A stretch of DNA of 64,000 nucleotides, taken from assembly GCA_951406725.2 (NCBI GenBank), contig OX597815.1, forward strand, positions 124,868,001-124,932,000, in the 5' to 3' direction. Positions 26,500-40,469 of the stretch are shown here, in pieces. Position numbers and translations under genes: made by a program. The DNA comes from Octopus vulgaris (lineage: Eukaryota). The notes beneath the pieces were generated by a model. That model was given only the letters and a program-made list of their open reading frames with translations, was not told where the DNA came from and did no database searches. Within the stretch, counting starts at the first letter, position 1. Each line of letters starts with the position of its first letter.

Positions 26500-27300
26500 T
26501 GCAGAATATGAAATGTTGTAACAGATATATGCCTTTTTGCTTTTATGCGCATATATTTCTCACGCTCTGCACAGTGCCTGAAACTGTAATTTGTTGCAAA
26601 GTCTGTGCTTCTAAGATGTCCTAACTGATATAAAATTCTGACTACACTAAAATAAGATATATAATCTGCTTGCCATAGTTCCATGCTGATTATGAATGCA
26701 TGCCCTAATAGCTGTGTTGCCAATAAATGTAAACTACTAATGAAATTTGATATACCAACATATATCTCTATAAACAAACTAGTCATTTTTCTTTACCCCA
26801 CCCGAAGATGAGAGTGTTAGGATTAAGAGATGCAAATTCTCATAGTACTGGTTTGCTGAGCTGCTTTCAATCTGCAGAAATTGGTGTCAAAGTCACTTGT
26901 TAAGATATCCAGTAAATTTTGGTGGCTGTAAGACTGACATATAATACGTAAGCGGAGTAGCAATAAAGGGAGTACGTTTATTCTAGTGATCATGTGCTAG
27001 ATTTAATAACTAAAAGAAATATTTGGGTGTGTCATGCAGACATAAAACATCCTTGCAAGATGTGCATAAAGGAAATAGTAACCTTTCATTGTATACATCA
27101 GGGTAAGTCCGTGTGTCTTTAACACACCACCCACTGCGGCAAACGTGCTCGTGTGAATTTGACGCCTACCACCACAATATTGTATCTTCGTAAGGCTTCG
27201 TTTTCTCACGGATCAGTCGAATTGAATGTCTACTATATGCTCATCTTTGTCTAAATACAGGTAAATATGTGAAAGGTTTTCAAAGTGCTTCTATTATTGA
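26500..27300 (-). pseudogene. Possible very old RTE-like RT remnant
   Basis: Weak motif echoes only: FAAVGGVLKTHGL (cf. GVLQGDTL), FIEIYVG (cf. FKYLG). Confidence 0.25.
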
Positions 27301-27370
27301 TTATATCCAGTTAGCATTGTCTCTCTTTGTAATCAACCTATACGTTTAGATGAATTTCTCTGATTGTGAA

Positions 27371-27612
27371 AGGGACTGGCTAAGTGGATAGGATATTCAG
27401 CTCACGATCGTAAGGTCTTGAGTTCAATTCCCAGCGCCGCGTTGCATCATTGAGCAAGACACTTTATTTCACGTTGCTCCAGTCCACTCAGTTGGCAAAA
27501 ATGAGTAGTACCTTTATTTCAAAGGGCCAGCCTTGTCCCATTCTGTATCACACTAAGAACTACATCAATTCTAAGCGTGTCTGTGAAGTGCTCAGTCACT
27601 TTCACGTTGATT
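27371..27612 (+). mobile_element. SINE family C
   Basis: Aligns with 21633-21870. Confidence 0.8.
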
Positions 27613-28149
27613 TCTCTGATTAGTTAAATATCTCTTCATGTACATATGATTACATTCATACATATATTCGTGTATGATGAAGGCAAACGATACATCCATG
27701 CACTGCAGTCAACAAACTGCCTCACCTCCCAACCTACAGTTGAATTTTCTTTTTATTTCATGCTAAGAAATTACTACTACTTTTATATCACGCTATACAC
27801 CGCTGCTCAAACATGATGGCTCTGTTAGCTGCACTCCTTCGGTTAAAGTCTCCGTGCCTGTTGTCCGCTTTGCATCCAACTCGCAGTGCACAAAAGAGAA
27901 AACTCTTCTAATCTTTCTCTCCCCCACTATACCAGGCTTAGTACTACGTACAGATGCACTCTAAATGCAAAGATCGAATCTTAAGAAAAATCATACTTGG
28001 ATCAGAGAAATACATTAAAATATGAATTTTTTTCGCTAACCGAGCATATGTTATATATATGTATGGATGGACGTGTGTGTATATATACATTCATGCACAT
28101 ATGCACACAGGCACATATGTAAGTACAGATAGATATACAGATAGATATT

Positions 28150-28850
28150 ACGGGGAAGGGTAAAGATAAGGTTAGACTAGACAATATAGTAGGGATAGTG
28201 CCCACTACTTTTGAGGATTCTCCCACTTTGGAGAAATCAGAGTGCTTGTTATCCAGTTTCAGTATAAACACAGATCGATGGTGGCTTGAAAACAAGTGGT
28301 CGAGAGAATGCTGCTCCATGAAAGGAAATATGATGCAAAACATTCGGAATGTGATATCTAATAAAAGAGATAAAATAAAGGGTGTCAGTAGGTCTGAGCA
28401 GAAGGAGCTTTCAGATAGCTATTTCAGAGGAGAATGTTGTAGTTGCCATACAGAAGGAAGACAGCATAAATGATGAACCTGTGTCAGTTATTGTTAATAG
28501 TGTGTCGGTGCGTGAAAATTTGTCAATCTTATTGAGTTTCTTTTAGCTTAAATTCGAACTATGGTGTTTGCGTGTGTAGCAACGTTATCCAAAAAGGTGT
28601 ACAAGTACTCAAATAAAACCCAGCAATACTGGGTTTTATTTGAGCTTTGTAAACGGTTCGGTAAAGCTTTAAAGATTAACGATGGTGATTTTCTTTGTTT
28701 AGTAAGTCATATATGTAAGACTGACATGAATGAACCCCCATCAGTTGTTTGAGCCAACAAGGAAGCCTCTGCATAGTCACTCTTTCTGCTATTAAGAGCA
28801 ACCAAATTTTCCACTAGCTTGCAAAACTGAATTACTGAATAATGTATTCC
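28150..28850 (-). pseudogene. Possible decayed APE-endonuclease LINE fragment (CR1/Jockey-like)
   Basis: Weak motifs DGG..YI, APTH and SD in the expected order on the minus strand. Confidence 0.25.
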
Positions 28851-29870
28851 TAAGTACATATGTATTTTCTTTAAATTTTTCAATACCCTGAGACCCAACT
28901 TTGGTCTTGATAAAGTACGAGTCAATTACTAGAGTCGATTCAATCAATTAATCTCCTTTCATCAAAATTTCTGGTTTGTGTCTGTTAGAAATAATATAAT
29001 TTATTCAGATTTTCCGACATAGGTACGATGTCACTTAATTCGGGGATAGAAGCTAGTCGATTATATCGACCCAGTACTTGGCTGAATGAAAAGTAAATTT
29101 GAACGCAGAGTGATTTGAACTCTTTAAAGACACGCAGATACTAATGCTAATCCAAAGGAAGTACTAAGGGTTCCTAATTTTGGGCCAAGGCCAGCAACTT
29201 TAAGGAGTGTCTATATTATTGCCTCTGTTATTTGCGTGATGCTTATTCGATAGTATGAAAGAATAAATATGAAAGTTTGGCCTCTGTGGGATCTAAACTC
29301 TCAACATTAACAGAGTATATGCGACTTATATTTTCTGGTGCTGTAATTCCTGCAAGTTCACCGCCCTAAAGAAAGCGTCAATAAATCTATTAATGATATA
29401 TATACAATTTCCTTAATTATCCTTACTTGCTAAATATTTACAATTCCTGATGTTTTAAAAAAAAGGTAAAGTTCAGAATATTTTTTTCTTTTTTATAATA
29501 TACTGTTGTACACCTTCGAAATAGTTTGCATTACTATTAAATGGGAGGAGAAAACAGTAAATGGGATCAATTCAAGTTCTAATTACCTACTTTGTTTACT
29601 AAGGGGTATTTAGATGGGAATGCAAATATTTACTTTTTATCACCTTAATACAACATTTCGAACAATAATAGAACGCTAATAATCTCGGCAATTCATCCCT
29701 CGAATATATAAATGGTTTTCAGATCAAAGTTCACTTTTATATTTATTCACTAAGGGACACCAATGAAAAAAATGGAACACAGACATGCGCACCTACATGT
29801 ATATGCACACATATACATATATATAATATATATGTGTGTGTGTGCATGTATGTGTACTCATATGTGTGTG

Positions 29871-29901
<31 letters not shown>

Positions 29902-30814
29902 TTGAATATATGTATGTGTATATCATTCTTGTTATATATACAAATAGATGTAAGTGTGTGTATGTGTAAATGCATATTTAAAATATGAGTGTATATATTA
30001 TTGGAAGAAATGTGTGTGTGTTTGAAAGATATATAGATTGATAGATAAATAGATAGATCAAAGTTCGCGGGTATATTTTTTCACTCGGGTACTCTAGGTC
30101 ATAAATATTCCATGACACCTATAGTGACATACTCGCTGCATAGGTGCGTGCGCAGATACGTACACATACGTATAGATAACGAGCGTTATAGTCCCTCCTT
30201 AATGTGTTTATTATCCTATATCTAACTGTTATTTTTTTTTCTCAGAAGCAACATACATCACTTATTCAAACAAAACTCGATTCTCAAGCATTTGTTTTTT
30301 GGGGGTTTTCTTTTCTTTCACATTCTCTTCATTGTAATAATATACACACTGTATTATTCTCGTAGCTAAAGGTATATCTTCTCATTGCTCGCTTTCAAAA
30401 GGAATGCTTTCAAAGTCAACATAATTATTAGCAAGTTCATGATATCGAAGTCGAACAACAACCACGATTGTTCTACCAGTTTTTACACGCCCAAACTACA
30501 ACACCTTAACACTCTCACAAGCAGCATCGTTGGGGAAAATCTTAATGCCTTCACAGTGTCTTGGTTTTCAAACAATACTGATAACAAAAGCGGGAGCAGT
30601 ACAACATCTTAACTGAACTCCCTTTACATCATAGGTCACTCCAACACGCGCGCGCGCACATACATTCACTCGCTCACATGCACATACAAATATCTTCCAG
30701 TCAACTGCAACAGCTGTTGCGAAGACATCGCCTTCAGTTCCACATATCAGACATTCACACACAGCATAAACAGTAAAACTAACAAATTTTTTATAGTCAT
30801 TAGCAATATCCTTT

Positions 30815-31245
30815 CAACTATAGGCGCAAGGCCTAAAATTTGTGGGAGTGGGTAGTCGATTACATCGACCCCAGTACTCAATTGGTACTTAATTTATCGA
30901 CCCCGAAAGGATGAAAGGCAAAGTAGACCTCGGCCGAATTTGATGTGATCTTAGCTTTTCTTTAGAACATTAAGAGCAGGATGTTATGATTTGGCCAGGA
31001 TCTCATGGTTTGGAGCATATGATGTCGTAAACTTTTCTACTATATGCACAAGGTCGGAAATTTTGTAGGAGCGAGCTAGTCGGTTGCGTCAACCACAGTG
31101 CTCAACTGGTACTTATGTTATCGTCCTCGAAAGATGGAAAGTAAAGCTGACCTCGGTGGAATTTGATCTCAAACCGTAAAACTGGAAGAAATCCCGCTAA
31201 ACATTTAGCCCGTCGTGCTAACGATTCTGCCATCTCGCTGCCTTA
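30815..31245 (-). mobile_element. Two SINE family A copies (30815-30925 partial, 31035-31245)
   Basis: Reverse complement of core GGTACTTAATTTATCGACCCCGAAAGGATGAAAGGC. Confidence 0.8.
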
Positions 31246-31964
31246 GCATATACGTAATGTCAATATTTTCTTTTCGGGTTTAGTAAGCGACATAGAACAT
31301 GATGTAACAGTAATAGAATTAGTGATTTCAGTTCTAAATTGAATCCAGTTCTATTCATGTACATACCCTATACATTAAGAAAACAAACTTCAGAAAATTC
31401 ATTCTTTTGTAGGTTCGTTAGTCTCTGCCTAAAACGACAATATCCTCTGTTCGATATTTTCTATTTAATTTTATTATTTTCAATCGTTGATTATAGTGGA
31501 TTGATAGCATCTTTAATGCGACGGACGAAGTTCTTTATGGTATATAAATTCAGATTCTGCCGAGAACAACTTTGCTTTATCTTTTGGAAGTCGAAGAAAT
31601 AAAGCCAGGGGCTGGATCGTTGTAATCGATTAACTCCCTTCAATTAGCCTCAAAATGACAGGCCCTTTGCCTATTTTAGAAACGAAATTTCTAGTTAGCC
31701 TTTAACACCCCTTTCACTGAATGTCATCAAAAACTATCGTTTTTCATGTGAATGGTGTCCCTGCAATACTCATATAAATAATTCTATTTATCTACACCAA
31801 TCAATGTAGACTGTTCTATATTTACTTAGTCCCGTCCCTCTTCCCTAAGTTAATGATTATAATTTGCTGATGAGGTCACAGTAAAAGCAAAAAAACTGAT
31901 TTCAGTTTCCTTCCATATTAAAATTATTGGCTAATATTTCATTATTAAAATTTGTAGTTTAACG

Positions 31965-32180
31965 AGGGTTGTAACTTGGTAGAATCGTTAGCACTTCGGA
32001 GAAACTGCCTTGCGAGATTCCTTCCATTCTTTATTTTCTGGGTTCAAATCCTGCCGAGGTCAGCTTTGCCTTTCATCCTTTCGGTGGTAAATAAAATGAA
32101 GAACCGGTCAAGTACTGGCGTCGAATATGTCGACTAATCTCTTAACTCAGAATTGCTGACCTTGGGTCTCATTTAGACTA
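31965..32180 (+). mobile_element. SINE family A, diverged
   Basis: AGAATCGTTAGCAC...GGTTCAAATCC...GCCTTTCATCCTTTCGG. Confidence 0.75.
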
Positions 32181-33294
32181 TTAATTTAAATGCAGTGAGC
32201 AAGCAAAACCGTATGAGTGTCGGGAAAAAATGTCTTGATAAAATAAATTCAAGCCACTCAAATTCTGGATTTGACGTTAATAACTAAACCACTCCACAAA
32301 ATTGTTAGACTTTTGCCTAAATTAGAAACCGTTATTTCTAATTTCGCTTTTTAGTGATCCCTGCGTTAAATCTCTAAATATGTTAACAATAATCTCCTTG
32401 TCAATTTTCATCTAACGCTAAATACGAGTTTATAACAAATCAATCTTAAATGTCAACGAATTATTAACTGCAGTTAGGGAAGAAAGGAATCCTGGGAAAC
32501 AGTAAACTTTCTGTTGCTCTCATCTTGAAATATAGAGTATTGTAATGATAATGTTAATTGATGTTTTATCACTATTATTTGCTGAACCTTACTGCTACAA
32601 GCATAGAATACATTGGTGACCGGACGTCACAATTTTTATAGATAAGGTATTAATAGGGTAATATGAATTCATGAGATAAGTAATCTAATATTTTGAGCTT
32701 CATTTGTTTATTTATTTATTTTATTTGGTATTTTAGTGAACAATGCATTCTTTGGTTACACATTTGCCTGTGGGGCAATCTTTGGTTCACTGCCTTTCTG
32801 ACAACAAGCGGGTGTCTGTAACTCGGCGAGGAAGAAATATGGTAAACGACTCGCTCGAAGACCATCAATTTTTTAGTTCACTCGCTGATACATATACACA
32901 CATACACACGCACTTACACACACCCACACATGTATGTATATACATACATACTTACATGTATGTGCGCTTGTATGTGCGCGCACGACAGGCTTCTGCTCAA
33001 TATACACCCATTTAATTCACAAGGCAATGGCCAATCCAAATATACGGTAAAGTTACATACCCAAGGTGCTGCACACTAAAGACCGAAAGTAATATGTTGC
33101 TTAAGCACATACCTATGGTGTTTTTACATACATTTTATCGATGAAAATTACATGCTAAACAGTAAGGTTCCCGGTTGCTTATATGAAGGCAAGATATAAT
33201 AATTGTTAAATTACGATACTTGTGCATATATTAAGTTTTTATGAACATGATAAAAATTATTTAGAAATGTAAGAGTGCCAGCGATAATTCGTGC

Positions 33295-33698
33295 GCTAGT
33301 CTGGCTGTGAGGCACGAAGTTTGCTTCCAAACTACATGATTCCGGGTTCAATTCCTCTGTATGGCACCTTAAACAAATGTCTTCTACTTTAGCTTCGGGC
33401 CGGCCAAAGACTTGTGAGTGGATTTTATAGACGGAAAGTGTAAGAAGCCCGTCGTATATATGTGTCATTATATATCTATAAGTGTGTGTCATTGTGTCTA
33501 TGTTTTGTCGAACACCAGCGCTTCACAACCGGAGTTGGTTTGTTTACGTCCTCGTAACTTAGCGGTTCGACAAAAGAAATTGATAGAATTAGCACCGGGC
33601 TTAAAAAAGTACTGGAGCCGATTCGTTCGACTAGAAACTCTCCAGGGTGGTGCTCCAGCATGGCCTCAGTTAAGTACTGAAACAAGTTAAAGATAAAA
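33295..33698 (+). mobile_element. SINE family B, full-length, diverged
   Basis: Aligns with other family B copies. Confidence 0.85.
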
Positions 33699-33951
33699 GA
33701 TATCCAAATACATACAACACATGTAACTCTCAATTATTGTAAAACTACCGACTGAATATTTGGTTAACCTGAACACTCACTTTCTCACTCTCTCTGACTC
33801 TCTCTCCCTCACGCTCTCTCTCTCCCTCTTTTTCTCACTGTCTCACTGTAGCACACACTCTCTCTCAAGGGGGTGCTATGGGGGTTCTGGATGTTTAGAG
33901 ATTGTCAATTTTCTTAGAATTAAAAATATTTAAATCAAGTACAATACTTAT

Positions 33952-34830
33952 ATACGTGGTCTGATCAATAAATATCGGACTGCTACTATAATAACAAAGC
34001 TAAATCAGAGTAAAGCCGTTTTGCACAGATAGACCTTTAACTCTCTTGTGCATACGCACTCTGTGTTAACGTTCTAGCTCACTTTCGCTGTTTACAGCAG
34101 TGCTTGGAAGGAACGTGTGTAGTGTGTGATCGTTGCATTGACCATGATAGAGAAAGTTAGGCAGAGAATCTGCATCAAATTTCGCCAAAACCTTGGCAAT
34201 ACCTGCTCAGAGGCGTACGCAAATTTTTCAAAAGATTTCCTCATTCTCGACATAATCAAAGAGATCTTGTGCAACTGAAATCTTAGTATCTTTTTGATCA
34301 GCTAAAAGCAGTCTTGGCACAAACTTGGCAGACTCGCGTCTCGTACCCAAATCTTCAGTGATAATGAATTGAACTGAACCGTAACTAATCTGCACATCCT
34401 CTGATACTTCACGGATGATTCCCCTTACAGCTGCACGCACATTTGCGGTATTTTTCTCAGTTCTGCTGGTTGCGGGTCTCCCAGAATGTTCGTCAAAATC
34501 AACGTTTTTTCGACCATCTTGGAAACGTCTGAACCACCCGAACACTTGTGTGCGGCACATACACTCCTCTCCATACACTTTCTGCAACGTTGCGTAGGCC
34601 TCTGAGCAAGTATCGCCATGACAACTTTCTCTGTCATGGTCAATGCGACGATCACACGCTACACACATTCCATCGAAACATTGCTATAAACAGCGGAAGT
34701 GAGCTAGAACGTTAAAACAATGCGCATGCACATGCGTTTAAGGTCAATCTTTGCCAAGAGGCTTCACTTTGCGTACTTTAGCTTCGTTACTATGGCAATA
34801 GTCCGGATACTTATTGATCAGAACTCATAT
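33952..34830 (-). mobile_element. Fold-back mariner derivative made of two inverted 5' ends
   Basis: 33952-34222 is the inverted copy of 34590-34830; ORF 34228-34668 has LQKVYGEECMCRTQVFGWFRRFQDGR..GRP..KFVPRLL (mariner HTH and WVPxxL-like); TA at both ends; no catalytic domain. Confidence 0.88.
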
Positions 34831-35928
34831 ACTAAACACTTTATCAAAATGTCTTTCTCGTGATTAAAATGAATAGAACATTGTGTGATCAGTGAACAGA
34901 AACATGACTGATGCTACACTAAAGTTCATTATCATTTCTTTATATAAAATCCGCCATTCTTAATAATTTTCGTAGGAATATATTATAGCAAGAACTAATC
35001 TATGCAAAAATAAAAGAAACACTTAAAGAACGGAATACTGTGAGGAAAAGTAACAAACGACTGTGAAAAATTAGCTTCTGTTGGGTTAAAATAATCTGAG
35101 ATTTTTTCCTTCCACTTTTAATTTTATAAAACATGGGAAAGGATCATTTGTAAAACATTCCGTGAAAGAAGTCGCTTGGTTATAAAAGTACCAGAACCAC
35201 TGAATTATAGCAATAACTGACCTGCAAAGAGTGAGATAAGCGAATACATAGAGGCTCCGTCGTAGACTCTTATGCGTGTATATATGTATGTATAAAGCCT
35301 GTTAAGTGCTGCTCAGTTCCCAGTAATGGGAATCATTCGAATAGAAGCTCTTCTCCTGATGAACTAATGTATCATTCTCGTACCAGCTTTTTCTGGCCGA
35401 TATTCATAATCTAGAGAAGAATGATCTCCACGATGCTGTCTTCTTTTCAGCATATTTCACATGTAATATTCAAGAGTTCATTGTTGCCGGACAATTCTAA
35501 TTAGATATCTTATATACAAAGACAATGTTGGAAAGAGTACCATACATGGCCAATCCCTCCACCCTATATTCCATGTATAGAACTCTTTTAATAGCTCAAG
35601 ATCAATGATGAAGCTCAAATATTAAATTTGAATTTAATTTAAAATGTTTTATATATTCAGGAAACGTATAACAATCACGTCAAAACTACCATCTTTTTCT
35701 TTATAAATTTCATATCAAACGGCAACCATTCATTAAAATTAATTAGATACATCTTTATTAAAACGACCGGTTTTACAAAAGTACAAGAATTAAAAATGTC
35801 TACTTTTTGCATAGGTACGTGTGTGCGTGTGTATGTGTATGTGTGTGTATGAGTGTGTGCACATGCATATACATGTATGTATATTACGTATGTATCTATC
35901 ATCTATTTATATACATGTCTGTGCATGC

Positions 35929-35934
<6 letters not shown>

Positions 35935-35995
<61 letters not shown>
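35935..35995. repeat. (TA)n microsatellite
   Basis: Direct inspection. Confidence 0.95.
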
Positions 35996-35998
<3 letters not shown>

Positions 35999-36421
35999 GC
36001 TGTTTTTCTCTTCTAGATGATTGCGATATTGTGGTTTTGGGTCGCTGTGTTTTAACTGTTAATACTCTTTCAATGGCAAATACAGAAGTCCCATGACGAA
36101 AGAAGTCTGTCATTGTTCTTGAAACATTCATAGCACAGTCAGAACACAGTACTTCATTTGATCCACCAAAATAAATTCTTCACAAAAAATGGCACTGTTG
36201 TCTGTAGCGTGTCCTTTCAGTTTCATAGCCATGCGCTATCAGGCGGAGGATATGATGATAATGATGATGATGGTGGTAATGATTATGATGACGATGAGGA
36301 TGACGATGAGGACAACGGCACCGACGAAGGCGGTACTTAATACTGGAAACAATCTCTAGTAGAAATCCCCCGCTGTTAAAATCTTAAAATCGTACTTTTT
36401 GAAATGTTTCTCTTGTGAATG

Positions 36422-36452
<31 letters not shown>

Positions 36453-36967
36453 GGGAGAGAGCGATTTTTTAACAATCAACAAACCTTTATAAAGTTTAAT
36501 TTTATTGCTATCACAAGACACTGTGTTTAAAGGCTACAGATATGACGTCATGCCATTACTAATTATGTTCTAAATAGATTCCATTTCATTCCTAAAATAA
36601 CTGTCACGAAATACAATCCAACTACACACACGTACACATACGTGCATACATATGATATATGTGGAAATTCCATGGTTACTTTGAAAACTGTAAGCTGGTT
36701 GGAAGTTTATAGAAAGCTATGGAATGTATAGTTTCTTTTGAATCTGTCTTTTAGGTTTAATTCGTTTGGTGCATACAAACACCCACGTAGGTAGTAGTGA
36801 AGGTACAACTTTAGGAAACATCTCTGGAAGCAATATTCCTTGTTATATACTCGTTATTTCTACCTTGGGATATTAGCTATTATCTTCATTTTACTTCAAG
36901 AAGTAAACAATATTAACCGTGAGACGAAATCGAAGTATAATTCGTCTCTAATATTTTGCTACTGTAT

Positions 36968-37255
36968 AAGGCGACGAGCTGGTCGAGTTTTTAAGTTCTA
37001 AGTTCAAACTCTGCCGAAGTCAATTTTGCCTTTCATTCTTCCGAAGTCGATGAAATAAGTACCAGTTGAACAATTGGATCGATGTAATCAACTTACTCCC
37101 TCTCCCAAAATTGTTGATCTTGAGCTGGCTCAATCGTTAGCATACCAGGGAAAATACTCAATGATATATCGTCTGTCATAACAGTCTGAGTTCAAATTCC
37201 GCCGAGGTCAACATTGCCTTCCATCCTTTCGGCGTCGTAAAAATGAGGAACCCTT
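36968..37255 (+). mobile_element. Two adjacent diverged SINE family A copies
   Basis: Two B-box and core segments (GTTCAAACTC..., GTTCAAATTCC...). Confidence 0.75.
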
Positions 37256-37494
37256 TCCAAAAATTACCAGCGTTCAGTATTCTGCTACTGTACGACTACG
37301 TTGGTAATGTTTTAATAAATCTGAACGCATTGTATTCGATTCTCAATTTGATATCAATACAAAGTTCATACGGTTAGATTTGAAACCACAATCTCAGTGA
37401 AGGAAGAATAGCAGATGCCGCAATGATTTGTGGATTCTAAAAGAAACCATAACTAATATCGGAGCAATATGACTGTATAGTTCAAAGACCGTTT

Positions 37495-38255
37495 CATAAC
37501 CATCGAATGTCTGTGAATATATTTCTTCTTAGCCTGGATTGTCTTTATTCACTGTTCCTTCTCCATAACCGTATATTCTGCAGCTACTTGTATTTTTTCT
37601 TAATGTATTTTGGTGATTTCTGGTGAGGAGGCTTTGATCTTGAGCTGCAATTAAAAATCCTTTAATCTCTGCTTCGAGTTTCCAGCTGTCTGTCATTTGC
37701 AGCATTCAGTTTTAAGTTATCCATACACAAAAGACGATTGATTGTTTTGCCGTAACAGTTGTATCCACATCCAGTTATGCTTAACATGTCAGATAAAGGT
37801 GTCAGTGCCAAGAAGAAAAGGAATGGGGAGAGTATCTCCCTTGAATATTCCTCTTCTAATAGGGATGGGCTCGGTTTTTATGAGTCTCTCTTTTATCTGT
37901 TTGCCATTTATTCATGGAATGTTTTATATATTTTATGATTATTGGTGCTACTTTTTCCTGAACAGTATTTCTAGGATTCGTGTGTGGGAGATACTATGAA
38001 AAGCCTTTCGATAAACGATCCAAGCCATTCTTAAACCCTTCTTTTTCCTTCGGCTGTCTTCAGTTATGGCTTTTTTTATCAATAGCTGATCTTTACAACC
38101 GCATAAGCCCTTGCATCATCTCTTCTGCTCTTCTGAAAACAGGTTGTTTTCTTCCAGGTGTTTGCCCTCTCTGTGATATTATTACAGTAATAGCTTTGTA
38201 AATTGTAGGGAGACAAGTTATCGGTAGTTTTGTGGATTTTGCCGTTTCAGTGGAT
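37495..38255 (-). mobile_element. Decayed, internally deleted R4/Dong-clade LINE fragment
   Basis: PITCLPTIYK, WIVYRKAFHS, PIRRGIFKGDTLP, GFLIAAQDQSLLTRNHQ on the minus strand; ends at (TTA)n 38255-38276. Confidence 0.8.
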
Positions 38256-38289
38256 TATTATTATTATTATTATTATAGACGTTGCACAG

Positions 38290-39045
38290 TATACAATATC
38301 GTGGGGTTGTTGATTGAAGATATTGTGTCTACCGAGGTTTTTTACTATTTGTCAAGTCATAACAAAGACTTCAGACTGACAGTACTTTACGCAATATGCG
38401 TGAAGTTCCAAGTAATGCCGACTTTTGCAATACATCTAGATTGTAGGGCATTTCTAATGTTTTCAGACGTTTTTTTTTTTTCAGATTGGGTGGTATTGAA
38501 CCCAATGCTCTGATGACAATAGGAATAACATTTATGTTCACTCGCGTAGCTGCCACAAATAAGCGTTCTCAATTCTCAGGTCTCCATATTTATCAACTTT
38601 TTCTTTTTCTTTCATGATGATGTATTGATCTCCTGGCACTACTCCGTTGATTCTTAGGTACTATTGTTTATCCCTCTTAATTGTTACTATATCCGTCCTT
38701 CGGTGCTCTAACACTTTGTCTGGAGGACTTTTGCATTCCCCTTTTCGTCCATTACCTTTTCTGGTGTATTTTGGTACCAAGCACCCGTAACCTCATATCC
38801 ATACTTACAGCATAGTATCCAGTGGAGATTTGGGGCTACTTTATCGTGTCTACGCCTGTACTCTTTCTGCGCAAGACTTACACATGTACTAATAATGTGA
38901 GTCACTCTTTCGACCCTCTTCCCACACATTCTGCAGAGGTCTGATGCGCTTGTGTGGTATATATTCTTTTTCACTGAGTTGGTATTCAACGCCTGGTGCT
39001 GGGCAGCGATGATTAGGCTTTCAGTATTCTTTTTTAGATATTATT
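38290..39045 (-). mobile_element. R4/Dong-clade LINE 3' fragment
   Basis: CRMCGKRVERVTHIISTC (CCHC), YRRRHDKVA..LHW, IPIVIRALG, LQKSALLGTSRILRKVLS; 3' end near (TAA)n. Confidence 0.88.
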
Positions 39046-39256
39046 ATACGTTTGGCTTTTGCTTTGCATTTGTACAAGTTGACTCCAAGTTTCACCCAGA
39101 GACCTCAAGAGACGACAAGTAAGAACTTCAAGTTGGTGTTATCACTAGGGTGCCATATATTTAGTTTTGCACAGAGTAATGTCAAAGAGAATGTTTGTCG
39201 AACATCCGAGTTACTTCTATTTCCAAATCTTTTTATTTTTGATGTTTCTCCATATC

Positions 39257-39294
<38 letters not shown>

Positions 39295-39295
<1 letters not shown>

Positions 39296-39640
39296 GAAAA
39301 CTCACAGCTTATTTTGCTGGGTATGATGGAAACTGTCAGTTGTCCACAATCAGCAGATTAAAGTGACACGTGTATACTGGTCATACTTCAAGAAAGAAAC
39401 CTGCGAAGAATTCTTGCAGTTTCAAGCAATGTTGATTTTTGTAGGTGTTCTACCTTCACACTTGCTCCGATCTTTTTCAGCCTTGCTGGTAGTTGAGTAC
39501 TGATACTTCCAAGTGCACCAATTACTATTGGTATCACGTCTACTCTCTTAATTGACCACAACCTTCGTATTTCTCACTTTAAGTCGTCATAGCCGTTTAT
39601 TTTTTCTTCTTCAAATATGTATGAATGTAGTTAAATTCAA
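39295..39640 (-). mobile_element. Another short R4/Dong-clade 3' fragment
   Basis: PIVIGALGSI and ARILRR on the minus strand, ending at (TAA)n 39261-39292. Confidence 0.65.
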
Positions 39641-39779
39641 GAGAAAGAGGACATCTATGGACATTCTTAAGATTTAAAGGATGACTGTTAAATCAAGATA
39701 ATTACCTTCACAATCTTACTACTAAGTCGGTGGTCGATAAAAATTTGCTCTAAATTAAAAAGAGAACGAGAAGACAGAC

Positions 39780-39780
<1 letters not shown>

Positions 39781-39829
<49 letters not shown>

Positions 39830-39936
39830 ACACACGCACGCACGCACGCACATACATACATACATACATACATACATACATACATACATACATACATACA
39901 TACATACATACATACATACATACATACATACATACA

Positions 39937-39965
<29 letters not shown>
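39781..39965. repeat. (CA)n and long (CATA)n microsatellite
   Basis: Direct inspection. Confidence 0.95.
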
Positions 39966-39967
<2 letters not shown>

Positions 39968-40469
39968 TGCTATCAGGATCAACAAAACAACTTAACGGTA
40001 TCATAGATCTCCTTTAAAACAGAATCGCAATCAACTTGACTTTCACTCAGCAGAGACAGATGTTTATTGTAGCTAGGTTACTGGATTACTTTAATAAGAT
40101 TGTTAGCATTTACTTTAAAGTAATCATCGAAACAACATATAAATGTAGTACATTAATTAAAATGGCATTTTCGGATACTGAAAAAAATCTTAATTTCATT
40201 AAGTCATTAAGCAAATTAATTGTATTATTCTTGTTGTCGTTGTCATTAATATTATTGTTGTTGTTGTTGTTGTTGTTGTTGTTATGACACTTGGTTTGAT
40301 TCAAATGGTTACACAGAAATTTGACCTCGTTCTAAAATAAATCAGAAATAAGAAATCTAGCTTGGCTTCTGGTCTTCTTGTCTTCTTTATTACAATTGTA
40401 GTAGCAGTAAGATTTGCAGCAACAACAGGTGCACCAGTAGTAGTAAGTTCATTCATTAGAAGTTAATAT

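Noticed and set aside
36158-36340. Acidic ORF (DDNDDDGG...) downstream of a possible acceptor at ~36016
   Set aside because: Degenerate (GAT)n microsatellite; no consistent exon structure
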